NCBI RefSeq assembly: GCF_963921235.1
Contig: NC_086097.1
Span: forward strand, 62,001-126,000
DNA length: 64,000 nucleotides
Origin: Mobula hypostoma
Lineage: Eukaryota
Direction: 5' to 3'
The translations under genes and the position numbers were made by a program. Position 1 is the stretch's first letter, and every line of letters starts with the position of its first letter. Under the pieces are notes generated by a model. The model had not been told where the DNA came from, ran no database searches, and saw only the letters and a list, made by a program, of their open reading frames with translations. Shown in pieces: positions 50,301 through 62,367 of this stretch.

Positions 50301-52012
50301 CTTTGACAGTTACTGGTTCTAATAAACTTTCATTTTGTAAATCTGTAAGTTTAGGTAGATCTAAAAAATTCAATACACTGTCTATATAGGGCTCATTGGG
50401 GGCCCGGGGTTGGGAGTACAGCTCTCGATAATACGTTTCAAAACTCTCTTGAATTTTCCCTATTGTACTCTCCACAAGCTTTGTCTTTGGATTCTTTATT
50501 TTATGAATTGTATTGTCTGCTTGTTGTTTTCGTAATTTATATGCTAATAATCTAGCTGATTTACCTCCTACTTCATAATTCTTTTGTCTCAGGTAAAGAA
50601 AATTTCTTTGAGTTTCCAACGTATAAATATCATCAATTTCACTTTGCAATTTCCTAATTTCCTGTTTTCGATTTGAATTACTTTTGTTGCTATCTCCAAC
50701 TTGAAGTTGTTTTAATTTTCCTTGAAGGTCTGCTAATTTTTGTGCATTGATTTTTTTCATGTGAGTAGTAATGGAAATAATTTTCCCTCTCAGTACAGCT
50801 TTCAATGTATCCCATAAAATCACTGGCGATGTTTCTCCCGTGTCATTAAGGTCTAGATATTCTTTGATTTCTCCCCTTAATCTCTCCATTACTTTTGGGT
50901 TATTAAGTATATGTGAGTTTAGCCTCCATAGTGTTTTCCTCATTTTCCTTTCCAGGATTAGAGACATAGAGACTGGGCTATGATCCGACAGATCAATTGT
51001 TGCAATATTACAGTTTTTTATCCTGAGTCTATCTGTATTAAAGATAAAGAAATAGTCTATCCTTGAATAGGCTGAATGAGGGAAAGAGTAATATGTATAA
51101 TCTTTACTAGTAGGGTGTAATTCCCTCCAGACATCTATAATTCCCAACTCCTCCATCAATGAATTCACTTTCCGAGTCAGAGGTTTATTCTGAGTAACTA
51201 TTCTTGAAGAATCTAATATAGGATTTAATCTAATATTAAAATCTCCTCCACAAATTACTACCCCTCGAGAACTGACCATTAGGTCAAAAATGTGTCTATA
51301 AAATGACCATTCACTACCTGGAGGAGCATAAACATTCAGCAATGTTATTTCTGTACCTTCTATTCTTCCTGTGATTTTTACAAACCGTCCTTCTTTGTCT
51401 CTAGTCTCTGAAATATGTTCATAATTAAGAGTACTTGATATTAAAGTAGCTACCCCTCTTTTGTGACTCAATTTATATGATGAATAAAATACATGCTTAA
51501 AGCCCATTCTTTTTAGTTTTCCATGTTCAGATTGGCTGGAAAAATGGTTTTTATATAGATTCTCCTCCAGAGACTGGACACATGCAACATATGGAGAGCA
51601 CAGACAGATGATGGGATCATGGGCAGCACCTCTGCCTCACTGAATCTAAAGGCAAGAAATAAATTTTGTGCTTCTTGCATGCTCCCAAAACATTTGAGCC
51701 AAAAGATTTCTGCTGTAGATGAAATGGACTAAGTCCAAGTCTGGTCCTCTCACAGGCCACAACCTCTTTGAGCAACACTAAAGAACTGAAGGAACTCAGC
51801 ACTGATGGAGGAAAATCATAGTTGAAATTTCCAGTCGAGACCCTTTCTCCAGATTCCAACCAGAAACTTCGATTGTCCTGAGCTCTTCCAGCATTTTCTA
51901 TGTTGTTACTGATCTAACATCATCAGCTCGTGTGCCTGACCAAGCTGCTGTAGTCACTGTGGAAACAGGTGTATTGGTTTCTCACTTGTTGTGTTTTGGA
52001 TAGTGTTATTAC

Positions 52013-52195
52013 CTGTATCTGCCCCCGTCTCTTAATCAGGAGATCAGTGAAGAATTCTTGCTGCCACGAAGCTTCCCGCAGTTCAGCTCCAAATGCTGCT
52101 GCCTGCTCACTGTTGAAAACCTTGGTCAGCATCCCCTCAAGTACCCGAAATCTGTCAAGTTTGACCTGTAGTTCACTGCTACAAGTCAACTGGTC
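52013..52195 (-). CDS. SYNE3: Nesprin-3 coding exon (spectrin-repeat region), 61 aa DQLTCSSELQ...LLIKRRGQIQ
   Basis: Acceptor ttggctttcggttccttccctcag|GAC, donor CAG|gtaata, 183 bp, phase 0-0, in non-repeat sequence. Helical peptide; SEQAAAFGAELREASW resembles the mammalian nesprin-3 spectrin repeat as I recall it. Confidence 0.75.
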
Positions 52196-52316
52196 CTGAG
52201 GGAAGGAACCGAAAGCCAACATTCAGGTGAAATTACAATTATGATTCCAGCTTCACACTAATTCTGCAAATTAAAATGAACAGCACAGGACAGGCCCTTC
52301 AGCCCACAATTACATT

Positions 52317-55200
52317 AGCGGGAGGGGGGAGTGGGAGAGGGAGAGGCAGCATTGATTGAGATTTGCACAGGTTGGGGAGAAAAGTTTATAAAAGGAGCAT
52401 TTCATGGGGCTTGGCGCATTAGCGGCGGACCAATCAATTTGCGATTCATTAGCAGGAGCAAGTATAAGTAAAGCAGGGTCAAAGCAGAGCAGCCATTGTG
52501 AGAGGGGACCAATGTAGGAGTAGGAACTTGAGGTTTTGGTGAGGAGGCACAGGTAAGTAGCAAGTAGGGCTTTTGAAGTGGTTGAATAAAAAGTCACTAA
52601 ATTACAGCTAATTAAATAAAGAGATGATGCAGGATTAGGTGATGTGCTGCAGCTGCATGATGTGGGAGCTGGTGGACCCGATTATGGTTCCTGGTGACCA
52701 CATCTGTAGCAAGTGTTAGCTGCTCGAGGAACTCAGGCTCAAAGTTGATGACCTGAAATCTGAGCTTCAAACACTGCGGCACGTTGGGGTGGGGGGGGGG
52801 GGCGGGAATGGTGATGTCGAGTTACCTGGATTCCCTGTTTCAGGAGGTAGTCACACCCATCAGATTAGCTGCCTCAAATTTGGTCTGTGGTCAGGGGCAT
52901 GAGGGTGTGAGTGTGAGTGAGGTGGGTACTGGGATCCAAAAGACAGTGCTGGAGTTCTCTGTCGCGTGGATAGAGGTCCCGAAGACTGTGTTGCCTGCCT
53001 GGTGCCTGGGTTTGAGACATCTTATCTGACCTGCAGAGGAACTTGCAGTGGGAAGGGAAAGGTCCAGTTGACGTGATCCATGTGGGTACCAACGACATAG
53101 GTAGAACGAGGAAAGAGGTTCTGCCAAGAGAATTTGAGCAGCTAGGGACTAAGTTAAAAAGCAGGACCTGGATTACTACCTGAGCCACATACAAATTGGC
53201 AGAGGGTCAAGAAGATTAGAGAGTTAAATGTGTGGCTTAAGGATTGGTGTGTGAGAAGTGGTCTTGAATTCATGGGAAATTTGCATTAGTATTGGGGAAG
53301 GAGGGAGCTGTACCAATGGAATGGGCTCCACCTGAAGCGTGATGGGACCTGGATCCTAGTGAATCGTATAACTAGGGCTATAGATAGGGCTTTAAACAAA
53401 ATAGTAGGAGGGTAGGTTCAACAGATTGGAGAAGTAAAGTAAAAAAGAAAAGTCTGGATAAAGAAAAAGAAAAAGCAAAATATAAAAAGGAGAAAGGTAA
53501 GAAAGGAGTGAAGAAAACTCAAGTTCAAAAGAGTAAAACATTACACAAGATTTTAAAAGCAAAATAAATGTAAGGGCACTTTATTTGAATGCCTATAGTA
53601 TTCAGAACAAGGTCAGTAAATTTGTGGCTCAAATCAGTACAAAGGGGTATGATTTAGTGGCCATTACAGGTACGTGGTTGCAGGGTGGAGTGGATTGGGA
53701 ATTAAATATCCAAGGATATCAGGTAATACAGAAGGATAGGCAGGAAGGTAAGAGAGGTGGGGTAGCGCTCTTAATTAAAGATGAGATCAGGGCGATAGTA
53801 AGAGACGATATAATATCTAAGGCGCAGAATGCTGAATCCATCTGGATAGAGATTAGGAATAGTAAAGGGAAAAAAAAAACACTGCTGGGAGTTGTCTATC
53901 GGCCACCAAATAATAACATTACAGTGGCACAGGCAATAAACAGAGAAATATCTGAGGCATGTAAGAATGGAACAGCAGTTATCATAGGGGACTTTAACTT
54001 CCACATAGGTTGGATGAATTAACTTTATTGAGGCAGTCTTGAGGAGGACTTCACAGAATGCATCTGTGACGGCTTTCTTGAACAGCACGTTACTGAATCG
54101 AGAGAGAACGTGCTATCTTAGTTCCGGTCCTGTGCAATGAGACAGGTAAAATTAATGATCTTGTAGTAAGGGATCTTCTTGGAAAGAGTGATCACAGTAT
54201 GATTTAATTTCTCATACAATAGTTCAATCTAAAACCAGTGTATTATAATTAAACAATGGAGACTATAATGGGATGACGGAGGATTTGGCTAGTGTAGACT
54301 GGGAACACAGGCTATATGGTGGGACAGTTGAGGAACAGTAGAAGACTTTTAAAGAGATTTTTCATGGTGCTCAACAAAAGTATATTCCAGTTTAAAGCAA
54401 GGACAGTGAGAGTGGGGAGAGCCAGCCTTGGATAACTATGAAAATAGAAGAAGGCATCAAACTAAAAGCTCGTGCGTACAAAGTCACCATGAGTAGTGGG
54501 AAACTGGAAGATTAGAAAAACTTTAAAAAGCAACTAAGTACCACGAAGCAAGCAATAAAGAAAGGGAAGCTACGATTATAAAAATAAACTGGCAGAACAT
54601 ATAAAAACGGATAGTAAAAGATTGTATAATTATACAAAACGGAGAAGAGTGGCTAAAGTGAATGTAGGTCCCTTGGAGGACAAGAAGGGGGAAATGATAT
54701 TGGGTAATGAGGAAATGGCAGAGGCTTTGGATGACTATTTTCTGTTGGTCTTCACGGTGGAGGACATGCCTAACATGCCAAAGAGAGATGTTATGGATGC
54801 GATGGGAGGTGAGGACCTCAATACAATAGCTATCACTAAAGAGATAGTGCTGAGAAAACTGGGGAGCCTGAAGGTAAATGATCCTGATGGAATGCATCCC
54901 AGGGTACTGAAAGAAATGGCAGAAGTTACAGTAAAGGCTTTGGTGGTGATTTACTAAAATTCTCTGGTCTCTGGGCAGGTCCCAGCAGATTGGAAGACAG
55001 TGAATGTCACGCCACTGTTCAAAAAAAGGATGTAGGGAAAAGGCAGGTAACTATAGGCCGGTTGTTTAACATCTGTAGTTGGGAAAATGCTTGAAGCTGT
55101 CAATAAAGAAGAAATAGTGAAGCATTTGGAAAGAAATGGATCCATCAGGCAGACACAGCATGGATTCAGCAAAGGCAGGTCCTGTTTGACCAACTTACTG
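52317..55200 (+). mobile_element. CR1 retaining 5' UTR and ORF1 (Zn finger, leucine zipper, SGNH esterase) plus the 5' half of ORF2; 3' part lost
   Basis: VMCCSCMMWELVD...HICSKC, VIHVGTNDIG, LNAYSIQNK, GDFNFHI, SQHGF-like. Confidence 0.85.
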
Positions 55201-55552
55201 AAACCAGTAGGAATAACTTCACACACCCCAACACTGAACTGATTCCATAACCAATGGTCTTACTTAGAAGGACTCTAAGTCATGTTCTCGATATTTATTT
55301 CTTGTTTGTTTGTTTGTTTGTTTGTTTATTTATTTATTTATTGTTGTGTTTTTGCTATATTTTGTATTTGCACAGTTTGTTGTCTTTTGCACATTGGTTG
55401 TCTGTCCCTCTGTCATGTGCAGTTTTACATTGATTCGATTGTGTTTCTTTGTGTTTACTGAGAATGCCTGCAAGAAAAGGATTTCTCGGGTAGTATATGG
55501 TGACATATATTCATTTTAATAATAAATTTACTTCGTACTTTTGAGAGTTCAG

Positions 55553-56320
55553 GCCATACGACAAAGGAGCAGAAGTCGGCCATTCAGCCCGTCGAGTCTG
55601 CTCCGCCATTTTATCATGAGCTGATCCATTCTCCCATTTAGTCCCACTCCCCCGCCTTCTCATTATAACCTTTGATGCCCTGGCTACTCAGATACCTATC
55701 AATCTCTGCCTTAAATACACCCAATGACTTGGCCTCCACTGCTGCCCGTGGCAACAAATTCCATAGATTCACCACCCTCTGGCTAAAAAAATTTCTTCGC
55801 ATCTCTGTTCTGAATGGGCACCCTTCAATCCTTAAGTTATGCCCTCTCGTACTAGACTCCCCCATCATGGGAAACAACTTTGCCACATCCACTCTGTCCA
55901 TGCTTTTCAACATTCGAAATGTATCTATGAGGTCTCCCCTCATTCTTCTAAATTCCAAGGAATACAGTCCAAGAGCGGACAAACGTTCCTCATATGTTAA
56001 CCCTCTTATTCCCGGAATCATTCCAGTGAATCTTCTCTGTACCCTCTCCAACGTCAGCACATCCTTCCTTAAATAAGGAGACCAAAACTGCCCACAGTAC
56101 TCCAAGTGAGGTCTCACCAGCACCTTATAGAGCCTCAACATCACATCCCTACTCCTATACTCTATTCCTCTAGAAATGAATGCCAACATTGCATTCACCT
56201 TCTTCACCACCGACTCAACCTGGAGGTTAACCTTAAGGGCATCCTGTATGAGGACTCCCAAGTCCCGCTGCATCTCAGAACTTTGAATTCTTTCCCCATT
56301 TAAATAATAGTCTGCCCAAT
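55553..56320 (-). mobile_element. Young 5'-truncated CR1 (same family as 44363-46338)
   Basis: ORF 55638-56336 gives an open ORF2 C-terminus. Confidence 0.92.
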
Positions 56321-56871
56321 TTTGAGGGTCTTTCATAGAAAAGATGGAATGATGAAATTAATTACAGAATATGAACTGCAAGGACAGTTATGAAAAATAC
56401 TACAGGATACAGATCAGCCGAAAACAAGAGTGGAGAACTGGCAAATGGAGTTTAATCTCGCTAAGTGTGAGTCATGTGTTGGGAAGTCAAATGCAATTAG
56501 AAAACTGCACAATAAATACCAGGACTGTTAGGAACAATAATGTACATAATAGATCTTGGGGCGCAAATCTGTAGGTCTCTGAAAGAAATTAGGAGTTAGG
56601 AAGGGACATGAAAAATCCGCAAGACCATCAGAAATAAGAGCAGAATGAAGCCATTGGCCCATCGAGGGCACTCCACCATTTCATCATGGCTAATTATTTA
56701 TCTGTCAACCCCATTCTCCTGTCTTCTCCGTGTAACCTTTGACACCTTGACGAGTCAAGAACCTATCAATCTCTTTAAATATACCCAATACCCAAAGAGC
56801 ATTAAGGTGCATAAGTCACCAGGACCTGATAGGAGAGATCACAGGTATCGAAAGAAGGAAGACTTGAGACT

Positions 56872-57058
56872 AATCAAGTCAAGTCAAGTCACTTTTTTAT
56901 TGTCATTTGGACTATAACTGCTGGTACAGTACACAGTGAAAACAAGACAACGTTTTTCAGCACCATGGTGCTACATGAATAATACTACACTAGACTACAG
57001 ACCTACCCAGGACTGCATAAAGTGCACAAAACACTGCAGGCATTATAGTAAATAATAA
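56872..57058 (-). mobile_element. 3' end of an L2/Rex-like LINE with a (CTTGA)n tail
   Basis: + strand caagtcaagtcaagtcacttttttattg corresponds to AATAAA followed by a pentamer tail on the minus strand. Confidence 0.55.
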
Positions 57059-57059
57059 A

Positions 57060-60000
57060 CATAGAACATAGAATAGTACCGCACAGTACAGGCCCTTTGG
57101 CCCACAATGTCGTGCCGATCCTCAAACCCTGCCTCCCATATAACCCCCCACCTTAAATTCCTCCATATACCTGTCTAGTAGTCTCTTAAACTTCACTAGT
57201 GTATCTGCCTCCACCACTGATTCAGGTAGTGCATTCCAGGCACCAACCACTCTCTGAGTAAAAACCTTCCTCTAATATTCCCCTTGAACTTCCCACCCCT
57301 TACCTTAAAGCCATGTCCTCTTGTATTGAGCAGTGGTGCCCTGGGGAAGAGGTGCTGGCTATCCACTCTATCTATTCCTCTTAATATCTTGTACACCTCT
57401 ATCATGTCTTCTCTCATCCTCCTTCTCTCCAAAGAGTAAAGCCCAAGCTCCCTTAATCTCTGATCATAATCCATACTCTCCAAACCAGGCAGCATCCTGG
57501 TAAATCTCCTCAGTAATTTCTTCCCTCGCCTCATGGAGCAGCCTGGGGAATATTCCGTCACGCCCTGAAGACTTATCCGTCCTAATGTATTTTAACAACT
57601 CCAACACCTCCTCTCCCTTAATATCAACATGCTCCAGAACATCAACCTCACTCATATTGTCCTCACCATCATCAAGTTCCCTCTCACTGCTGAATACCGA
57701 AGAGAAGTATTAGTTGAGGACCTCGCTCACTTCCACAGAATTCAGGCATATCTTCCCACCTTTATCTCTAATCGGTCCTACTTTCATTCCTGCCATCCTT
57801 TTGTTCTTCACATAATTGAAGAATGCCTTGGGGTTTTCCTTTACCCTTCTCGCCAAGGCCTTCTCATGCCCCCTTCTTGCTCTTCTCAGCCCCTTCTTAA
57901 GCTCCTTTCTTGCTTCCCTATATTCCTCAATAGACCCATCTGATCCCTGCTTCCTAAACCTCATGTATGCTGCCTTCTTCCACCTGACTATATTTTCCAC
58001 CTCACTTGTCACCCATGATTCCTTCACCCTATCATTCTTTATCTTCGATAGCGGGATTCCCTTCTGCTGTCATTAATGATGCCCTCATTCGCATCTCCTC
58101 CATTTCCCGCACTTCGGCTCTCACCCCATCCTCCCGCCACCACAAGGACAGAGTTCCCCTTGTCCTCATCTACCACCCCACTAGCCTCCGGATCCAACAC
58201 ATTATCCTCCGCAACTTCCGCCACCTTCAACAGGACTCTACCACTAAGCACATCTTTCCCTCTCCACCCCTCTCCACCTTCCGTAGGGATCGGTCCTTCC
58301 ATGACTCCCTGGTCCACACGTCCTTCCCCACGGATCTCCCAGCTGGCACTTATTCCTGTAAGTGCAAGTGCTACACCTGTCCCCACACCTCCGCTCTTGC
58401 CACCATTCAGGGCCCCAAACAGTACTTCCAAGTGAGGCAACACTTCACTTGTGAGTCTGTTGGGGTCATCTATTGCATCCGGTGCTCCCGGTGCGGCATC
58501 CTCTACATTGGTGAAACCCGACGCAGATTGGGGGACCGCTTCGTCGAGCACCTCCGCTCCGTCTGCCAAAACAAACAGGATCTCCCAGTAGCCACCCACT
58601 TCAACTCTGCTTCCCACTCGCATTCAGATGTGTCCATATATGGCCTCCTCTACTGCCATGATGAGGCTAAACTCAGGTTGGAGGAGCAACACCTCATATA
58701 CCGTCTAGGTAGTCTCCAGCCCCTTGGTATGAACATAGTATTCTCCAACTTCCAGTAATTTCCTCCCCCTCCCCTCCCCCACCCCTACGTCACTCTGCCC
58801 CCTCCCCCAGCTGCCGACCACCTCCTTCAAGGTCCTGCCTCCTTCTATTACCCATTGTGTTTTCCCTTATTCTTTCTTCACCTTTCCTGCCTATCACCTC
58901 CCTGCCTCCCTTCCCCCACCCCTTTGTCTTTCCCCTTACTGGTTTTTCACCTGGAACCTACCAGCCTCCTCCTTCCCACCCTCCCCCCACCTTCTTTATA
59001 GGGCCTCTGCCCCTTCCCCCTACAGTCCTGACGAAAGGTTTCCGGCCTGAAACTTGGCTCATTATTTCCAAGGATGCTGCCCGACCTGCTGAGTTCCTCC
59101 AGCGTGTTGTGAGTGTTGCATTCTTTATCTTCCTCACCGGGACAAATTTATCCCTAACATCCTGCAAGAGATCTCTAAACATCAACCACATGTCCATAGT
59201 ACATTTCCCTGCAAAAACATCATCCCAATTCACACCCGCAAGTTCTAGCCTTATAGCCTCATAATTTGCCCTTCCCCAATTAAAAATTTTCCTGTCCTCG
59301 CTCATTCTATCCTTTTCCATGATAATTCTAAAGGCCAGGGAGCGGTGGTCACTGTCCCCCAGATGCTCACCCACTGAGAGATCTGTGACCTGACCCGGTT
59401 CATTACCTAGTACTAGATCTAGTATGGCATTCCCCGTAGTCAGCCTGTCCGCGTACCGTGACAGGTATCCGTCCTGGACACACTTAACAAACTCTGCCCC
59501 ATCTAAACCCTTGGAACTAACCAGGTGCCAATCAATATTAGGGAAGTTAAAGTCACTCATGATAACAATCCTGTTATTTTTGCACCTTTCCAAAATCTGC
59601 CTCCCAATCTGCTCCTCTATATCTCTGCTGCTACCAGGGGGCCAATAGAATACCCCTAATAGAGTAACTGCTTCCTTCCTGTTCCTGACTTCCACCCATA
59701 CTGACTCAAAAGAGGATCCTGCTACATTACCCACCCTTTCTGTAGCGGTAATAGTATCCCTGACCAGTAATGACACCCCTCCTCCTGCCCTCTCTACCTC
59801 TTTTAAAGCACTGAAATCCAGGAATATTGAGAATCCATTATATATATTGACGCGCTCAGAAATATCATAAATCCTGGCACCTGGGAGGCAAACTACCATC
59901 CTCGTTTCTTTTTCACGTCCACAGAATCGCCTATCTGTCCCCTAGCTATAGAGACCCCTATTACCGCTACCCTACCTTTCTGAGCCACAGGACCAGCCAG

Positions 60001-60400
60001 TGCCAGAGCCATGGCCACTGTTGCTTCCTCCAGGTAGGTTATCCCCCATCCCCTCCCCGAACAGCACTCAAAATGTTAGTAGTTATTGTTCAGAGGGGCA
60101 GCCACAGGGGTGTTCTTCACTACCTGACGCCCTTCCTTCCCTCTCCTGGCAGTTACCCGCTTAACTGTCTCTTGTGGCCCTGGGGTGACTACCTGCCTCT
60201 AGCTCCTGTCTATCACCTCCTCACTCTCCCTAACAAGCCGAAGGTTATCGAGCTGCAGCTCCAATTCCCTAACTCGGTCTCTAAGGAGCTGTAGCTCAAT
60301 GCACCTGGCACAGATGTGGCCATCAGAGAGGCTGGAAGTCTCCCGGACATCCCACATCTGACACCCAGAACAGAAAACTGGCCTTGCAGTCATAACCACA
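57060..60400 (-). mobile_element. Internally deleted CR1 (ORF1 Zn finger to 3' tail), interrupted by Penelope 58047-59118
   Basis: FCSGCQMWD...HICARCIELQLL (60199-60399), VCLPGA, DFNFPNIDW. The RT core is deleted at about 57510. Confidence 0.88.
58047..59118 (+). mobile_element. Penelope-like element, second family, 5'-truncated, with an intact Zn-finger/GIY-YIG reading frame
   Basis: ORF to 58758: CKCKCYTC, GVIYCIRCSRCGILYIGETRRRLGDRFVEH, LEEQHLI, GMN. TSD CATTCTTTATCTTC at 58033-58046 and 59119-59132. Confidence 0.92.
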
Positions 60401-60470
60401 ACTCTAATGAGCTGAGCTCTGTGAAACGCTCTTTATTTAAACTTTTCTCCCTGACTGTGCATGCAATGGG

Positions 60471-61097
60471 CTGCCGGCAGAGGAGAAGATGGTGGCGCGC
60501 CTGCGCGTGCGCAGCCCTCCAGTGAAAAATGATATTGTATCTGTTAAATAGGGGCCGTGGACAATTCTGATTTGATGGAGAATGGACGTGAAAGCACAGA
60601 GGAACATCTGGTGAAATTTCTGAAACGCTTGTTCGCTGCTGTCGTTACTGCGTGGTCGGGTATCTTTCGGAGGGTAGGCCTCAAAATCCCCGGCCTTGCC
60701 TGCTTTTGGCGACCGAGAAGGAGGTCGGATCGTTCGGACAGAGATGGTGCTCAGTACTCGGTGTCGGAGAGCTGATCAAAGCTCGAAGTTTTCGCATGAC
60801 TCAGAGTCAGATTGTGGTCGGCATGGCAGGGAGGGTTTTCCTTCCTTCTCCCGTCTGCGTGAGATGTGGGACATTTGAGAGACTTTGAACTTTACTGTGC
60901 TCATGGACTTCTTCATCAAGTTATGGTATTGTTGCACTGTTGTAACTATATGTTATAATTATGTGGTTTTGTTAGTTTTTTCAGTCTGGACTGTCCTGTG
61001 TTTTGTGATATCACACCGGAGGAAATATTGTATCATTTCTTAATGCATGCATTACTAAATGACAATAAAAGAGGACTACGTGTCTTCATAATCTAAA
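60471..61097 (+). mobile_element. CpG-rich non-autonomous LINE-derived element (5' UTR-like head, LINE-like 3' end)
   Basis: Starts gagaagatggtggcgcg and ends caataaaagaggactacgtgtcttcataatct; no credible ORF. Confidence 0.5.
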
Positions 61098-62300
61098 TGA
61101 TAGGGTCTTTTAAGAGACTCCTGTATGGATACATGGAGCTGTGAAAATTAGAGGGCTATGGGTAAGCCTAGGTAGTTCTAAGGTAAGGACATGTTTGGCA
61201 CAGCTTTGTGGGTCGAAGGGCCTGTATTGTGCTGTAGGTTTTCTATGTTTCTATGACCTGTGTGAAGCTCTCTCTCTCTCTACGAATCAATTGGTCCACT
61301 GCTAACACCTTATATTCCACCGGCATAGCCTCCAACCTGATGGTATGAACATTAGTTTCTCGAGCCAAAAAAGATGGGTGAGATCTTAAATGGACTTTTT
61401 GCATCCAGCTTTACTCAGGAGACAGACGCAGAGAGAATGTGGTTTTCCTTTAGTGGCCAACTCCCCTTTCTCATACCTCTGTAATTCCCTTTATTTCATT
61501 GAAATACGAATACATCTGACTACAGGTTCTCCTCAAATTTCAGTGTGAATTCAAACACATTATGATCACTTGCCCCCAAGGGTTCTTTTTACCTTCAGCT
61601 CTCTAATCAATTCTGGATCAATCCAAAATAGCTGATCCCCCTAGTGGGGTCAACCACGAACTGCTCCAAAAAGCCATCTCGAAGGCACTCTAGAAATTCT
61701 CCCTCCTGGAATCCAGCACCAATTTGATTTTCCCAGTCTACCTGTATATTAAAATCCCCTGTGACTATTGTAACATTTCCCTTTTGACATACATTTTCTA
61801 TCACCTGTTATAATTTGCAGGCCACATCCTTACTACTGTTTGAAGGTTTGTATACAACTCCCATCAGGGTCTTTTTACCCTTGCAGTTCCTTAGCTTTAT
61901 CCACAATGATTCAACACATAGAGACACAGAAAACCTACAGCACAATACATGCCCTTCGGCCCACAAAGCTGTGCCGAACATATCCCTACCTTAGAAATTA
62001 CTAGGGTTACCCACAGCCCCCTATTTTTCTAAGCTCCATGTACCTATCCAGAAGTCTCAAAAGACCCTATTGTATCCACCTCCACCACCATTGCTGGCAG
62101 CCCATTCCACGCACTCACCACTCTCTGTGTAAAAAACATACCCCTGACATCTCCTCTGTACCTACTCCCAAGCACCGTAAACCTGTGTCCTCTTGTGGCA
62201 GCTATTTCAGCCCTGGGAAAAAACCTCTGACTATCCACACGATCAATGCCTCTCATCAGCTTATACACCGGAACACCTTCCGACCATATGTCACCTCTTT
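61098..62300. mobile_element. CR1 fragments (plus 3' end 61098-61255, minus APE 61440-61915, minus 3' end 61917-62268) and a small Penelope remnant at about 61308-61361
   Basis: GDFNIQVDW, FTQRVVSAWNGLP, agcctccaacctgatggtatgaacatt. Confidence 0.7.
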
Positions 62301-62367
62301 TAATGATTTGATTTCATTTTTACCAACAGAGCAAAGCTGCCCCCTCTACCTTCCTGTTTTCTGGTAA

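Larger units (their letters stand above)
47054..51534 (-). mobile_element. Young 5'-truncated L1-clade LINE with a near-intact ORF2 (APE-RT-CCHC)
   Basis: 1099-aa ORF 48208-51507 (NVYAP, GGDFN, SRIDY, SDH, DAEKAFD, GTRQGCP, LFADD, CWRRC..H...C) continues in frame to 47881 after one TGA. Poly(A) at 47054-47063. TSD GCTGGAAAAATG at 47042-47053 and 51535-51546. Confidence 0.95.

Noticed and set aside
51617..51905. 80-aa minus-strand ORF next to the SYNE3 exon
   Set aside because: No good splice-site pair, and part of it looks like a decayed Penelope pLTR remnant.
58958..59899. 313-aa apparent fusion ORF
   Set aside because: A chance in-frame join of a deleted CR1 ORF1/APE segment with antisense Penelope UTR.
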